The notes below the pieces were generated by a model that did no database searches, was not told where the DNA came from, and saw nothing but the letters and a program-made list of their open reading frames with translations. DNA of 38,077 nt from Candidatus Omnitrophota bacterium (lineage in GTDB: Bacteria; Omnitrophota; Gorgyraeia; Zapsychrales; JAHFFX01), in assembly GCA_023247755.1 (NCBI GenBank), contig JAHFFX010000002.1, positions 1 through 38,077 of the forward strand, read 5' to 3'. Positions 24,452 to 32,014 of this stretch are shown in pieces (position 1 is the stretch's first letter; each line of letters begins with the position of its first letter). Position numbers and translations under genes: made by a program.

Positions 24452-25426
24452 ATGAAAGAATCCCCGCTTTTCTGGCCCGCGCAATTCAAAGGGAACGTGC
24501 TTCACGTTCTCGATGAGACGCAGGTCCCGGAGAAATTACATTATGTGAAGGTCCGCAACGTCAAGGAAGCGGTGAAGGTCATCCGGAACATGAAGACCCG
24601 GGCCTTCGGGCAGTTCCTGGTCGTGCTGAGCACCTTTCTTTTGGTGTTGAAGAACTCGAAGGTTCGCACCCCGACGGCGCTGCTTTCCGAACTGGAACAA
24701 ACGGCGGAAGCGCTCAACACGAGCCGCCCCACGTTCCCTTTCCGGGAAGTGACGTCGATCGTGGTCGCCTGGGCGAAGGACGCGATCCAAAAGAACATCG
24801 AGCTGCGTCCGTTCCTTGAGAAGAACATCCAGGGTTATTTGATGGGGATCCGTCAGCGGCGCCTGCAGCGGGTCAACGAGATCGCGGAGCTTTTGCGGGA
24901 CGGCGACCGCGTCCTCACGCATTGCAACGTGAGCGGCGAGCTTGCCATGGCCTCGCAGATCGCGCGCGAGCAGCGCAAGTTCGTGCAGTTCTTCGCGACC
25001 GAAACGCGCCCTTATTTTCAAGGGGCGAAACTGACCTGCTGGGAATTGCAGAAGGCCGGCACGCCGGTGACCCTGATCGCCGATAACGCCGTGGGGACCG
25101 TCCTCGCGGACGGATTGGTGGATAAGGTGATCGTTGGGTCCGACCGCTCCTGCGCCAACGGCGACATCGCCAACAAGATCGGGACCTATCAGATCGCGGT
25201 GCTGGCGAAGGAATTCGGGACACCTTTTTACGTTCTTACCCAGCCGTCCAACAAGATCCCGCGGGGGGAAGACATCCCCATCGAGGTCCGCAATCCCGAA
25301 GAGCTTTTGACGTTCGGGAAAAAGCGGATCGTCGCGGGCAAAGTGAACGCCTTCTATCCCGGCTTCGATGTGACGCCGAAGGAATTGATCGAAAGGGAGA
25401 TCGCCATCAATGCACAATCTCGTTAA
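24452..25426 (+). CDS. eIF-2B alpha/beta/delta-family sugar-phosphate isomerase (MtnA-like, divergent)
   Basis: LTHCNVSG (catalytic Cys context), ETRPYFQGAKLTCWEL, VIVGSDRSCANGDIANKIGTY and FYVLTQ are present. The N-terminal region diverges from canonical MtnA (MKTRAFGQF instead of M.VRGAPAIG). Confidence 0.8.
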   Translation: MKESPLFWPAQFKGNVLHVLDETQVPEKLHYVKVRNVKEAVKVIRNMKTRAFGQFLVVLSTFLLVLKNSKVRTPTALLSELEQTAEALNTSRPTFPFREVTSIVVAWAKDAIQKNIELRPFLEKNIQGYLMGIRQRRLQRVNEIAELLRDGDRVLTHCNVSGELAMASQIAREQRKFVQFFATETRPYFQGAKLTCWELQKAGTPVTLIADNAVGTVLADGLVDKVIVGSDRSCANGDIANKIGTYQIAVLAKEFGTPFYVLTQPSNKIPRGEDIPIEVRNPEELLTFGKKRIVAGKVNAFYPGFDVTPKELIEREIAINAQSR

Positions 25427-25925
25427 GCCGGTCGTCATCGTTCAGGGAGTGGTGGAGGCCCGGCTCTTTGATGAATTAAAGGGAAAAGGGGTTACGGAAG
25501 TTTATGTCCTGGAAGGCCGTCCCACGCTCGAGGCGGCGCGGCGCGCCAGCGCGGAGCTTCTTAAGCGCGGCATGACGCCGACGCTCATTTCGGACAACAT
25601 GGCCGGCGTGCTTTTTTACAAGAATCTGGTGAAGGAAGTCTGGATCGCTTTCCAATACGCCGATGAGGAAGGAGCGGCCTGTGACATCGGCGCGCTCATC
25701 CTGGGCGTTCTGGGAAAGCGGCACGGCGTTCCCGTGCGGCTATTTCCGTCGGCGCGGAAAACGAATTTCCTGGGCCGTTCGCAGGACCTCCTCAGTTTCC
25801 TTTCGAAACGCATCGCCCCCAAGGGCGTGGAGGCGTTCGTGCCCCTGGTGGAATGGGTGCCGGCGAAATATATTTCCGCAGTTCCGAAACCCCTGGCCGA
25901 AGATCTGCAGGACGCTCACGTATGA
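25410..25925 (+). CDS. stand-alone half-length eIF-2B/MtnA-like protein (C-terminal Rossmann-like domain only, catalytic motifs absent)
   Basis: The ATG lies 10 nt after AAGGGAG (25393-25399) and overlaps the upstream gene by 17 nt. VYVLEGRPTLEAARRASAELLKRGMTPTLISDNMAG...GALILGVLGKRHGVPV parallels the ETRP...G.P.TLI.D.A...NKIGTY...A..H..P segment. Confidence 0.6.
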   Translation: MHNLVKPVVIVQGVVEARLFDELKGKGVTEVYVLEGRPTLEAARRASAELLKRGMTPTLISDNMAGVLFYKNLVKEVWIAFQYADEEGAACDIGALILGVLGKRHGVPVRLFPSARKTNFLGRSQDLLSFLSKRIAPKGVEAFVPLVEWVPAKYISAVPKPLAEDLQDAHV

Positions 25926-26950
25926 ATGAAGGAATCGCAAAATTAAAGACCGACATCATTGCCATCGGGCGCCTTTTGTGGGACAAGGACCTGGCGAGCG
26001 GGCTTAACGGCAATTTAAGCGCCCGGGTGAGCAACGACGAGATCCTTTTGACCGCGACCCACACCTGCCTGGGGCTGCTGAAGGACAACGACATTTTGCA
26101 TATGAAGCTGGATGGAACGCTTCTTGAGAAGGGAAGCGTATCCACCGAGAAACTTCTGCACACTGAGATCTACAAGAACTTTCCGGACGTGAGCGCGGTC
26201 GTCCATACCCACACGACCTTCACCAACGCTTATTTCCTGGCGAACGACAAGTTCTCCCCGACCACCTATGAAGCGAAATTCTACATCGGGGAAGTGCAGG
26301 GGATCCCCCAGAAAACGCCGTCGGTGACCGACGCGGGGCCGGTCGTTGAGGAACTGAAGCGCAACAGCATCACCGTCCTTAAGAATCACGGGGTCGTCGC
26401 GATGGGCAAGGACCTGTTCGATGGTTTCCTGCTGATCCAGCAGCTTGAGGAATCGATCAAGGTGGACGCGATCAGCCGGTTGTACCAGGTGAATGCCTCG
26501 GGTGCCCAGCGCCCAGCGCCCAGCGTGCAGCCCGCAATGCATAGCGCTCAACCGTCTTCCTTCGGGAACGGGAAGAAATTCAAGCTGTTTTCAAAGGAGC
26601 AGATCGAAGAGATCGTGCGAATCGTGAACGCCGATGCGCAACTGAAGGAATTGGGCGAGAAGACCAAGATGACGATGGACCTGGCGGTGCAGCTCAACGA
26701 AACGGGGGAGACCTACAGTTTCAGTTTCCAGAACGGCCGCATCGCCAAGATCGGCAACGATACCCAGGCGGAATTCCTGATCACTGCTCCTGAAACGGTC
26801 TGGCGCGCGGTGTTCAACCGCCAGATCGATCCGTTCGTCGCGACGACGCAAAAGAAGATGAACCTGCGCGGGGATTTCGCGAAGATTTCGAAATGGTATT
26901 CGCCCTGCAGCCGCATCTTTGAACTTTGGGCCCAGGTGCCGGTGGAATAA
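25922..26950 (+). CDS. class II aldolase/adducin-family protein (MtnB/FucA/Ald2-like) fused to a C-terminal SCP2 sterol-carrier-like domain
   Basis: There is an ATGA overlap with the upstream stop. GLNGNLSARV, STEKLLHTEIY, VVHTHT and LKNHGVVAMG (Zn His ligand positions) are present. A linker ...GAQRPAPSVQPAMHSAQPSSFGNGKK is followed by ~105 aa that read SCP2-like (...DLAVQLNETGETYSFSFQNG...KKMNLRGDFAKISKW). Confidence 0.75.
   Translation: MNEGIAKLKTDIIAIGRLLWDKDLASGLNGNLSARVSNDEILLTATHTCLGLLKDNDILHMKLDGTLLEKGSVSTEKLLHTEIYKNFPDVSAVVHTHTTFTNAYFLANDKFSPTTYEAKFYIGEVQGIPQKTPSVTDAGPVVEELKRNSITVLKNHGVVAMGKDLFDGFLLIQQLEESIKVDAISRLYQVNASGAQRPAPSVQPAMHSAQPSSFGNGKKFKLFSKEQIEEIVRIVNADAQLKELGEKTKMTMDLAVQLNETGETYSFSFQNGRIAKIGNDTQAEFLITAPETVWRAVFNRQIDPFVATTQKKMNLRGDFAKISKWYSPCSRIFELWAQVPVE
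26504..26531 (+). repeat. tandem heptanucleotide repeat (GCCCAGC)x3 + GTGCAGC inside the aldolase-SCP2 linker
   Basis: The units start at 26504, 26511, 26518 and 26525, as read directly from the sequence. Confidence 0.9.
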
Positions 26951-28449
26951 TGCCAACGACCGTTAACATCGAAGAATACCGGATGCTCATCGATGGCCGG
27001 CTAACGCCGGCCCGGGAGCGACGCTCGTTCGAGAGCGTGAATCCTTCCACGGGGGACGTGTTCGCCAGGGTCTCCGATGCCGCAATCGAGGATGTCCAGG
27101 CAGCCATCGCGGCGGCGCGCCGCGCGTTCGACGAAGGGCGCTGGCCGGGTCTCACCTTGGCCCAGCGCGGGAAATTTCTCAAGACGATCGCCGATCTTAT
27201 CCGTGAGAACGCCAAGGAATTGGCCGAGCTCGAGACCTTGAGCACCGGAAAAACGCTCAAGCAGACGACCTTCATCGATGTGCCGACCTGCGCCGATACG
27301 TTTGAATATTTTGGAAGTATTCCCGATCTTTTAAGATCAAGGGAAAACCCGGTGAACGCGCCGGTCAAGAGCCTGACCGAACGCGAGCCGCGCGGGGTGG
27401 TGGCCTGTATCATTCCCTGGAACTATCCTTTGATCATGGCGGCCTGGAAGCTGGCGCCGGCGCTGGCCGCCGGGAATACCGTTATCCTGAAACCTTCGCG
27501 TTTGGGGAGCGTTTCGATCCTCAAGCTCGCGTCCCTTATAGAGAAAGCCGGGTTGCCGGCGGGCGTGGTGAATGTGGTCGCGACGACGCAGGAAGCTGCG
27601 GCCACGGCCCTGGTCAAAAGCCCGCAGGTCGACATGGTGAGCTTCACCGGCGGCACCGCTACCGGCCAGAAGATCATGGCCTGGGCGGCGGAGACGACGA
27701 AGAAGGTCTCGCTCGAGCTCGGGGGCAAATCCCCGAACCTCGTTTTCGCGGATTGCGATTTTGAGGCGGCGTTGGGGGGAACGATGTCGGCCATCTTCAT
27801 GAACCAGGGACAGATGTGCACGGCGGGGGCGCGGCTCTTGCTGGAAGACAAGATCTACGACCGCTTCCTCGAAGAACTGGTCAAGCGGACCAAGGCGCTT
27901 AAGATCGGCAACGCGTTCAACCATGAGACCGAATTCGGCCCGCTGGTGAGCCTTGAACAGCGCAACGGTGTTCTCAAGTTTATAGAGAAGGGCAAGTCGG
28001 AGGGGGCGAAAATTGCGACCGGCGGGCGAATTCCGCCGGGGGCGGAATTCGCCCGGGGGGCGTTCCTCGAACCCACCATCTTTACCGACGTTCGTCCGGA
28101 GATGTTCATCGCCCAAGAAGAGGCGTTCGGCCCGGTCCTTGCCGTATTCAAGTTCTCCGGTGAAGAAGAAGCCGTGCGGCTCGCCAACGATTCAAAGTAC
28201 GGGCTCGCCGCCTGCGTCTGGACCAAAGATGAAGAGAAGGCCCGAAGAATTTCGAAAAAACTGCAGTGCGGCACGGTTTGGGTGAACACCTATGGAGGGT
28301 TCTACAACGAGGCGTCCTTCGGCGGCACCAAGCAGAGCGGTTTCGGCCGCGAGCTCGGTATCGAGGGACTTTTAGAATATACACAGACGAAGCATGTTTG
28401 TATCGACCGCACGCCCGGGGGGAAACCCCTGGCCGCGGCCTGGTTCTGA
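26950..28449 (+). CDS. NAD(P)+-dependent aldehyde dehydrogenase
   Basis: The ATG overlaps the upstream TAA (TAATG). WNYPL, ELGGKSP, FMNQGQMCTAGARL (catalytic Cys) and EEAFGPV are present. Confidence 0.93.
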   Translation: MPTTVNIEEYRMLIDGRLTPARERRSFESVNPSTGDVFARVSDAAIEDVQAAIAAARRAFDEGRWPGLTLAQRGKFLKTIADLIRENAKELAELETLSTGKTLKQTTFIDVPTCADTFEYFGSIPDLLRSRENPVNAPVKSLTEREPRGVVACIIPWNYPLIMAAWKLAPALAAGNTVILKPSRLGSVSILKLASLIEKAGLPAGVVNVVATTQEAAATALVKSPQVDMVSFTGGTATGQKIMAWAAETTKKVSLELGGKSPNLVFADCDFEAALGGTMSAIFMNQGQMCTAGARLLLEDKIYDRFLEELVKRTKALKIGNAFNHETEFGPLVSLEQRNGVLKFIEKGKSEGAKIATGGRIPPGAEFARGAFLEPTIFTDVRPEMFIAQEEAFGPVLAVFKFSGEEEAVRLANDSKYGLAACVWTKDEEKARRISKKLQCGTVWVNTYGGFYNEASFGGTKQSGFGRELGIEGLLEYTQTKHVCIDRTPGGKPLAAAWF

Positions 28450-28544
28450 CTGGACGGCCCTAACAAGGCCGGGATCTTTTTGCTGACGCAAGGGATCAAA
28501 CAAGTGAAGACAATCCGATCCACCATAAAAAGGAGAATCGAAAA

Positions 28545-30026
28545 ATGAAAATACTATTCTTAACGCCACCGTTAAAAGCCTGGGATTCGCACGGGTTCCA
28601 CCGCGCCGCCAACCAAATGCACGCGCAGGTCGCCGCCTACGTCCGTTCCAAGGGCCTCGCGACGATCGAAGCGCTCGACTGCCGGGCGATGGACTACGAC
28701 TGGAACACCATGATGCAGAAGATCGACGAGAGCAAGCCCGACATGGTGTTTCTGGGCGATCAGCTGTTCTCGACGCTGGGGGCGGCGGTCATCTGGTATT
28801 TCAACGAAGCGATGCGGATGATCAAGGAGAAGTACCCGAACATCATCACGGTGGCCTCGGGACTGTGGTATTCCGCCGATTACGAGCGGCAGATGCGCTT
28901 GAATCCGTTCATCGATTACATCCTCATCGGCGAAGGGGAACTGACACTTGAGGACCTCCTGACCAACCTCAAGACCAAGGCCAAGAACGAACGGGATATT
29001 CCGGGTCTCGTTTCCCGCCGGGACAAGACGTCGATCGTGATCGGTCCCCACCGCGGGCTTATTCCGGACCTCAACGTTCTTCCCATGCCGGCCTACGAAC
29101 TCTTTCCGATGGAAAAATATGTCGGGCACACCTATTGGAAACCGTTCGCGGAACTGATGACCTCGCGCGGCTGCCCCGGCAAATGCCATTTCTGCTACGA
29201 GTGGGCGCTGTATGACAACCGCACCGCGACCCAGGATTTCACCTCCTGGAGAGGATTGTCCGGCAAACGGATCGTGGATGAACTCGATCTTCTGGAAAAA
29301 AAGTACGGCATCACCTGCGTGGTCATGCAGGATGACGCTTTCAACAGCGACACCAAGGCCATGATCGAATTCTGCGAAGAAAAGATCAAAAGAGGCAACC
29401 AGATCGGGTGGGTCTGCCTTGGCCGCGCCGATCAGTGGATCGCCCAGCAGGATATCCTTCCCCTGATGAGAAAGGCCGGACTTTTCATGGCCCTTACCGG
29501 CGTCGAGGTCGAGGACGATAAGACGCTTACCAAAACGGGGAAAGGGGTCACGATCGACCAGATCAAGCAGACCATCAACCTTCTGCGGGCCCAGGACATC
29601 GGGACCGTCGGCACGGTCCTGATCGGTTTGCGGGAGGACAACGAGGAAAAGATCAAGAAGCGCCTCGAGACCGCCGATGAGATCGACCCCGATGTTTTTG
29701 CGCTGGATTATCTCACGCCGGTCCCCAATTCGCCGGACTGGCGCTATGGGATCCAAAAGGGATGGTTCGATCCGGATAAGATCAATCTCAAGGACTGGGA
29801 CTTCCAGCATCCGGTCATCCCGACGGACAATCTGACCGTTGAGGAAGTGGGCCGCCTGGGCGCGTGGTGCATGCGGGAGTATTATTCGAAGCCGGAGCGC
29901 ATTCACCGCATCATGGAAAGCAATTACGACATCCGGGTCAAACAGTGCGTCATGGACTTCATGAACAACATCTCCAAATGGGAGAAGAACTCCCGCACGC
30001 CGGCTGCCACCGGGGCGGCGGTTTAA
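28545..30026 (+). CDS. B12-binding-domain radical SAM enzyme (class B)
   Basis: The N-terminal flavodoxin-like cobalamin-binding region is MKILFLTPP...PDMVFLG. The CxxxCxxC cluster motif reads TSRGCPGKCHFCYE. Confidence 0.88.
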   Translation: MKILFLTPPLKAWDSHGFHRAANQMHAQVAAYVRSKGLATIEALDCRAMDYDWNTMMQKIDESKPDMVFLGDQLFSTLGAAVIWYFNEAMRMIKEKYPNIITVASGLWYSADYERQMRLNPFIDYILIGEGELTLEDLLTNLKTKAKNERDIPGLVSRRDKTSIVIGPHRGLIPDLNVLPMPAYELFPMEKYVGHTYWKPFAELMTSRGCPGKCHFCYEWALYDNRTATQDFTSWRGLSGKRIVDELDLLEKKYGITCVVMQDDAFNSDTKAMIEFCEEKIKRGNQIGWVCLGRADQWIAQQDILPLMRKAGLFMALTGVEVEDDKTLTKTGKGVTIDQIKQTINLLRAQDIGTVGTVLIGLREDNEEKIKKRLETADEIDPDVFALDYLTPVPNSPDWRYGIQKGWFDPDKINLKDWDFQHPVIPTDNLTVEEVGRLGAWCMREYYSKPERIHRIMESNYDIRVKQCVMDFMNNISKWEKNSRTPAATGAAV

Positions 30027-30027
30027 T

Positions 30028-30099
30028 CGTCGCTCGGGGCACGTGACTCGTGATCCGTCCGAGTATTGGCGGGTCACGGTCCACGTGTCACGGAACACA
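30028..30099. repeat. heptad-periodic inverted repeat element E2
   Basis: The left register has CGTC, CGGG, CGTG, CGTG, CGTC at 30028, 30035, 30042, 30049 and 30056. The right register has CACG, CACG, CACG, CACA at 30075, 30082, 30089 and 30096. The arms pair imperfectly (6 + 4 + 4 bp). Confidence 0.7.
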
Positions 30100-30115
30100 C
30101 AAAGGAACTACGAGA

Positions 30116-30397
30116 ATGAACCCAGCTCAAACACATCCCAGGCTCGCCTGGGAACCATCCGCCCAGGAGCGTTATAAATTGATGATCGCGAAGATCCCGC
30201 TCTTCCACCGCGAGATCGCCAAGATCGTCGTCGATAAGAAAGCCGAATTGAACGCCATCGACCGGGGGGCCTCCCGGGTGGAAGAACCCGACATCGTGCG
30301 CGCGTTCCTCACGGAAGTGCCCGTCGCTTTTTACGGTCTCATGGTCCGTCTTTTGGATGAAGTGGGCTTTGAGCATCGGAAGTACGAAACCAAGTAA
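30116..30397 (+). CDS. small PCP_red-like protein (protochlorophyllide reductase subunit B C-terminal-domain family)
   Basis: I chose the internal ATG at 30116 because the longer ORF-track N-terminus runs through E2. AWEPSAQERYKLMIAKIPLFHREIAKIVVDKKAELNAIDRGASRVEEPDIVRAF fits W.P.A...L..IP.F.R......E..A...G...V. Confidence 0.6.
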   Translation: MNPAQTHPRLAWEPSAQERYKLMIAKIPLFHREIAKIVVDKKAELNAIDRGASRVEEPDIVRAFLTEVPVAFYGLMVRLLDEVGFEHRKYETK

Positions 30398-30450
30398 GAA
30401 CTATGCGCGGATGCGTCGTATTGGATCACGTAGATCGGGAATCACATACC

Positions 30451-30915
30451 ATGGAAAAAACCAATCATCATTTTGTTTTCATCGAGGCCCCGGTGGACAT
30501 CGTGGGCCCGCAGATCATTGCCTGGGGGGAGGCTTCCTGGTGGCCCGAAGGTTCCCAAATGCGTTTTAATAAGACCACCTCCGGGGAATTGGGGATCGGC
30601 ACGGAATATGAGATGCGGATCAAGGCCCCGTTCGTGTCACCCTTGTCCTGCCGGGTCACGAAACTGGACCCCGCCCGGGAGATCGAACGCACGTTCCTCA
30701 CCGGTATGTTCAAGGGGCGCGAGATTGTCAGCGCCGAGGAACGGTATAACGGAACGAAAGTGAAATATACCATGTATTACCAGGTCCAAGGAATCCTTAA
30801 CGCGATCTTGTGGCCGATCCTCTTTCGTCGTTTGCACGATGCGAACATCGAGCTGATCATGGCGGCCCTCAAGCGATATTGCGAACAAAAGGCCAATCCT
30901 CCGGAGGGGACATGA
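30451..30915 (+). CDS. SRPBCC-superfamily protein (polyketide cyclase/dehydrase-like START fold)
   Basis: It starts at the ATG at 30451 (MEKTNHHFVFIEAPVDIV...). Length and pattern (I.AP...V, W.P, G.G, GT.V.Y...) are typical of Polyketide_cyc2-type proteins. Confidence 0.6.
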   Translation: MEKTNHHFVFIEAPVDIVGPQIIAWGEASWWPEGSQMRFNKTTSGELGIGTEYEMRIKAPFVSPLSCRVTKLDPAREIERTFLTGMFKGREIVSAEERYNGTKVKYTMYYQVQGILNAILWPILFRRLHDANIELIMAALKRYCEQKANPPEGT

Positions 30916-31925
30916 ACATCGCGGTCATCGGCGCGGGGGCGATCGGCTCGGTCGTAGCCAGCTATCTGACGAAGGCGGGAGTGTCGGTCACCCTCATCGG
31001 CCGGCCGGACCAGGTCACGGCGATCCGCAAGAGCGGTCTGCATGTGATGGGTGTGCGGGGGGAGGAAACGTTCCAGTTCCCCGCCCTGATGAAACTGGAC
31101 AAGGCCTATGATGTCGTTATCTTTACCGTCAAGACTCAGGACCTCGAATCGGCCTATCTGGAGAACCAGGACCATCTGGAGTCGGGGTTCATCCTTACCA
31201 CGCAGAATGGCGTTCAGGCCGATAATGTCCTCAGCAGCCACTTCGAGCGGGATAAATTGATCAGCAGCATCGTGATGTTCGGGGCGACCTACGTGCGCCC
31301 CGGGGAAGTGACCTTCAATTTTGAGGGCGACTGGATCATCGGCAAACCCTATTTTCCCAACGATCCCTTCGTGCATGAGCTGGCGGGAGTCCTGCAAAAA
31401 GCTTTCAAGGTCAACGTCTCCAATGACATCATGGGAATGAAATGGCTCAAGCTCTTCATCAATTTCAACAACTGTATCCCGGCGCTGCTGGGAAAGTCCA
31501 TGCAGGAGACGTTCGCGGACCTGGACTTTTGCCGCCTGAGCATGCTGCTTCTTAAGGAAGGCATCGAGGTGACGCGCAAGGCGGGGGTGAAGCTGGTTTC
31601 GCTGCCGCAGTTCCCGGTGGAGCGCATCGATGGACTTTCGGCGATGCCCGTTGAGCAGGGGGCGGCGATCGTCAATAAGACCCTGACGGGGTTGAGCAAG
31701 GAGCCGCTGTACGGTTCCATCCTGCAGAGCATCATGAGAAAGAAGACCAGCGAGATCGATTTCATCAACGGGGAAGTGGCCCACCTGGCGCAGGCGATGG
31801 GTCTGTCGGCGCCCCTCAACCGCAAGATCGTGGACCTCGTGCACGAGGTGGAGCGGGAGGGGAAGTTCTTCTCGCGGGATGAAGTGAAGAGGAAATTTAG
31901 TTTGAGTTCGCCTGGTGACCGGTGA
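30912..31925 (+). CDS. ApbA/PanE-family NAD(P)H-dependent 2-oxoacid/ketone reductase (ketopantoate-reductase-like)
   Basis: There is an ATGA overlap with the SRPBCC stop. MNIAVIGAGAIGSVVASYL, VKTQDL and EIDFINGEVAHLAQAMGLSAPLN are present. Confidence 0.85.
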   Translation: MNIAVIGAGAIGSVVASYLTKAGVSVTLIGRPDQVTAIRKSGLHVMGVRGEETFQFPALMKLDKAYDVVIFTVKTQDLESAYLENQDHLESGFILTTQNGVQADNVLSSHFERDKLISSIVMFGATYVRPGEVTFNFEGDWIIGKPYFPNDPFVHELAGVLQKAFKVNVSNDIMGMKWLKLFINFNNCIPALLGKSMQETFADLDFCRLSMLLLKEGIEVTRKAGVKLVSLPQFPVERIDGLSAMPVEQGAAIVNKTLTGLSKEPLYGSILQSIMRKKTSEIDFINGEVAHLAQAMGLSAPLNRKIVDLVHEVEREGKFFSRDEVKRKFSLSSPGDR

Positions 31926-31998
31926 CCAGTCACAAGTCACCAGGGGTTTCCCTGCAATTCAATTAACCGGTAACCGGTGACGTGGTCACTGGTCACAT
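31911..31998. repeat. heptad element E3 (two adjacent self-complementary arrays), overlapping the 3' end of the reductase gene
   Basis: Array a has GTGAC, GTGAC, GTCAC, GTCAC at 31915, 31922, 31929 and 31936, within CCTGGTGAC...GTCACCAGG. Array b has GTAAC, GTGAC, GTCAC, GTCAC at 31970, 31977, 31985 and 31992. Confidence 0.8.
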
Positions 31999-32014
31999 AT
32001 AAGGAAATCAAGCA

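Noticed and set aside
24452-25925. Reading the eIF-2B-family proteins as ribose-1,5-bisphosphate isomerase of the AMP/RuBisCO pathway.
   Set aside because: No RuBisCO or AMP phosphorylase (DeoA-like) gene is in the window. The class II aldolase and ALDH neighbours fit a DHAP-shunt-type route better. Phylogeny is still needed to settle this.
28450-28544. An intrinsic terminator between the ALDH and radical SAM genes (CGGCC...GGCCG followed by GGATCTTTTT).
   Set aside because: The stem is only 5 bp with a 7-nt loop, which is too weak to call. It is mentioned only as a possible partial pause site.
28572-30098. A 508-aa minus-strand ORF opposite the radical SAM gene. Others lie at 24536-25438, 27337-28116 and 30777-31940.
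   Set aside because: The + strand genes carry CxxxCxxC, IF-2B, ALDH and ApbA motifs respectively. The antisense products show none and have a shadow-ORF composition.
30050-30115. ORF-track N-terminal extensions that run through the heptad elements: 30050 for the PCP_red-like gene, 33291 for KS-beta, 34694 for the ACP and 30403 for SRPBCC.
   Set aside because: In each case an internal ATG or GTG with a proper SD gives a product starting where family homology begins. The extensions translate repeat DNA into implausible sequence.
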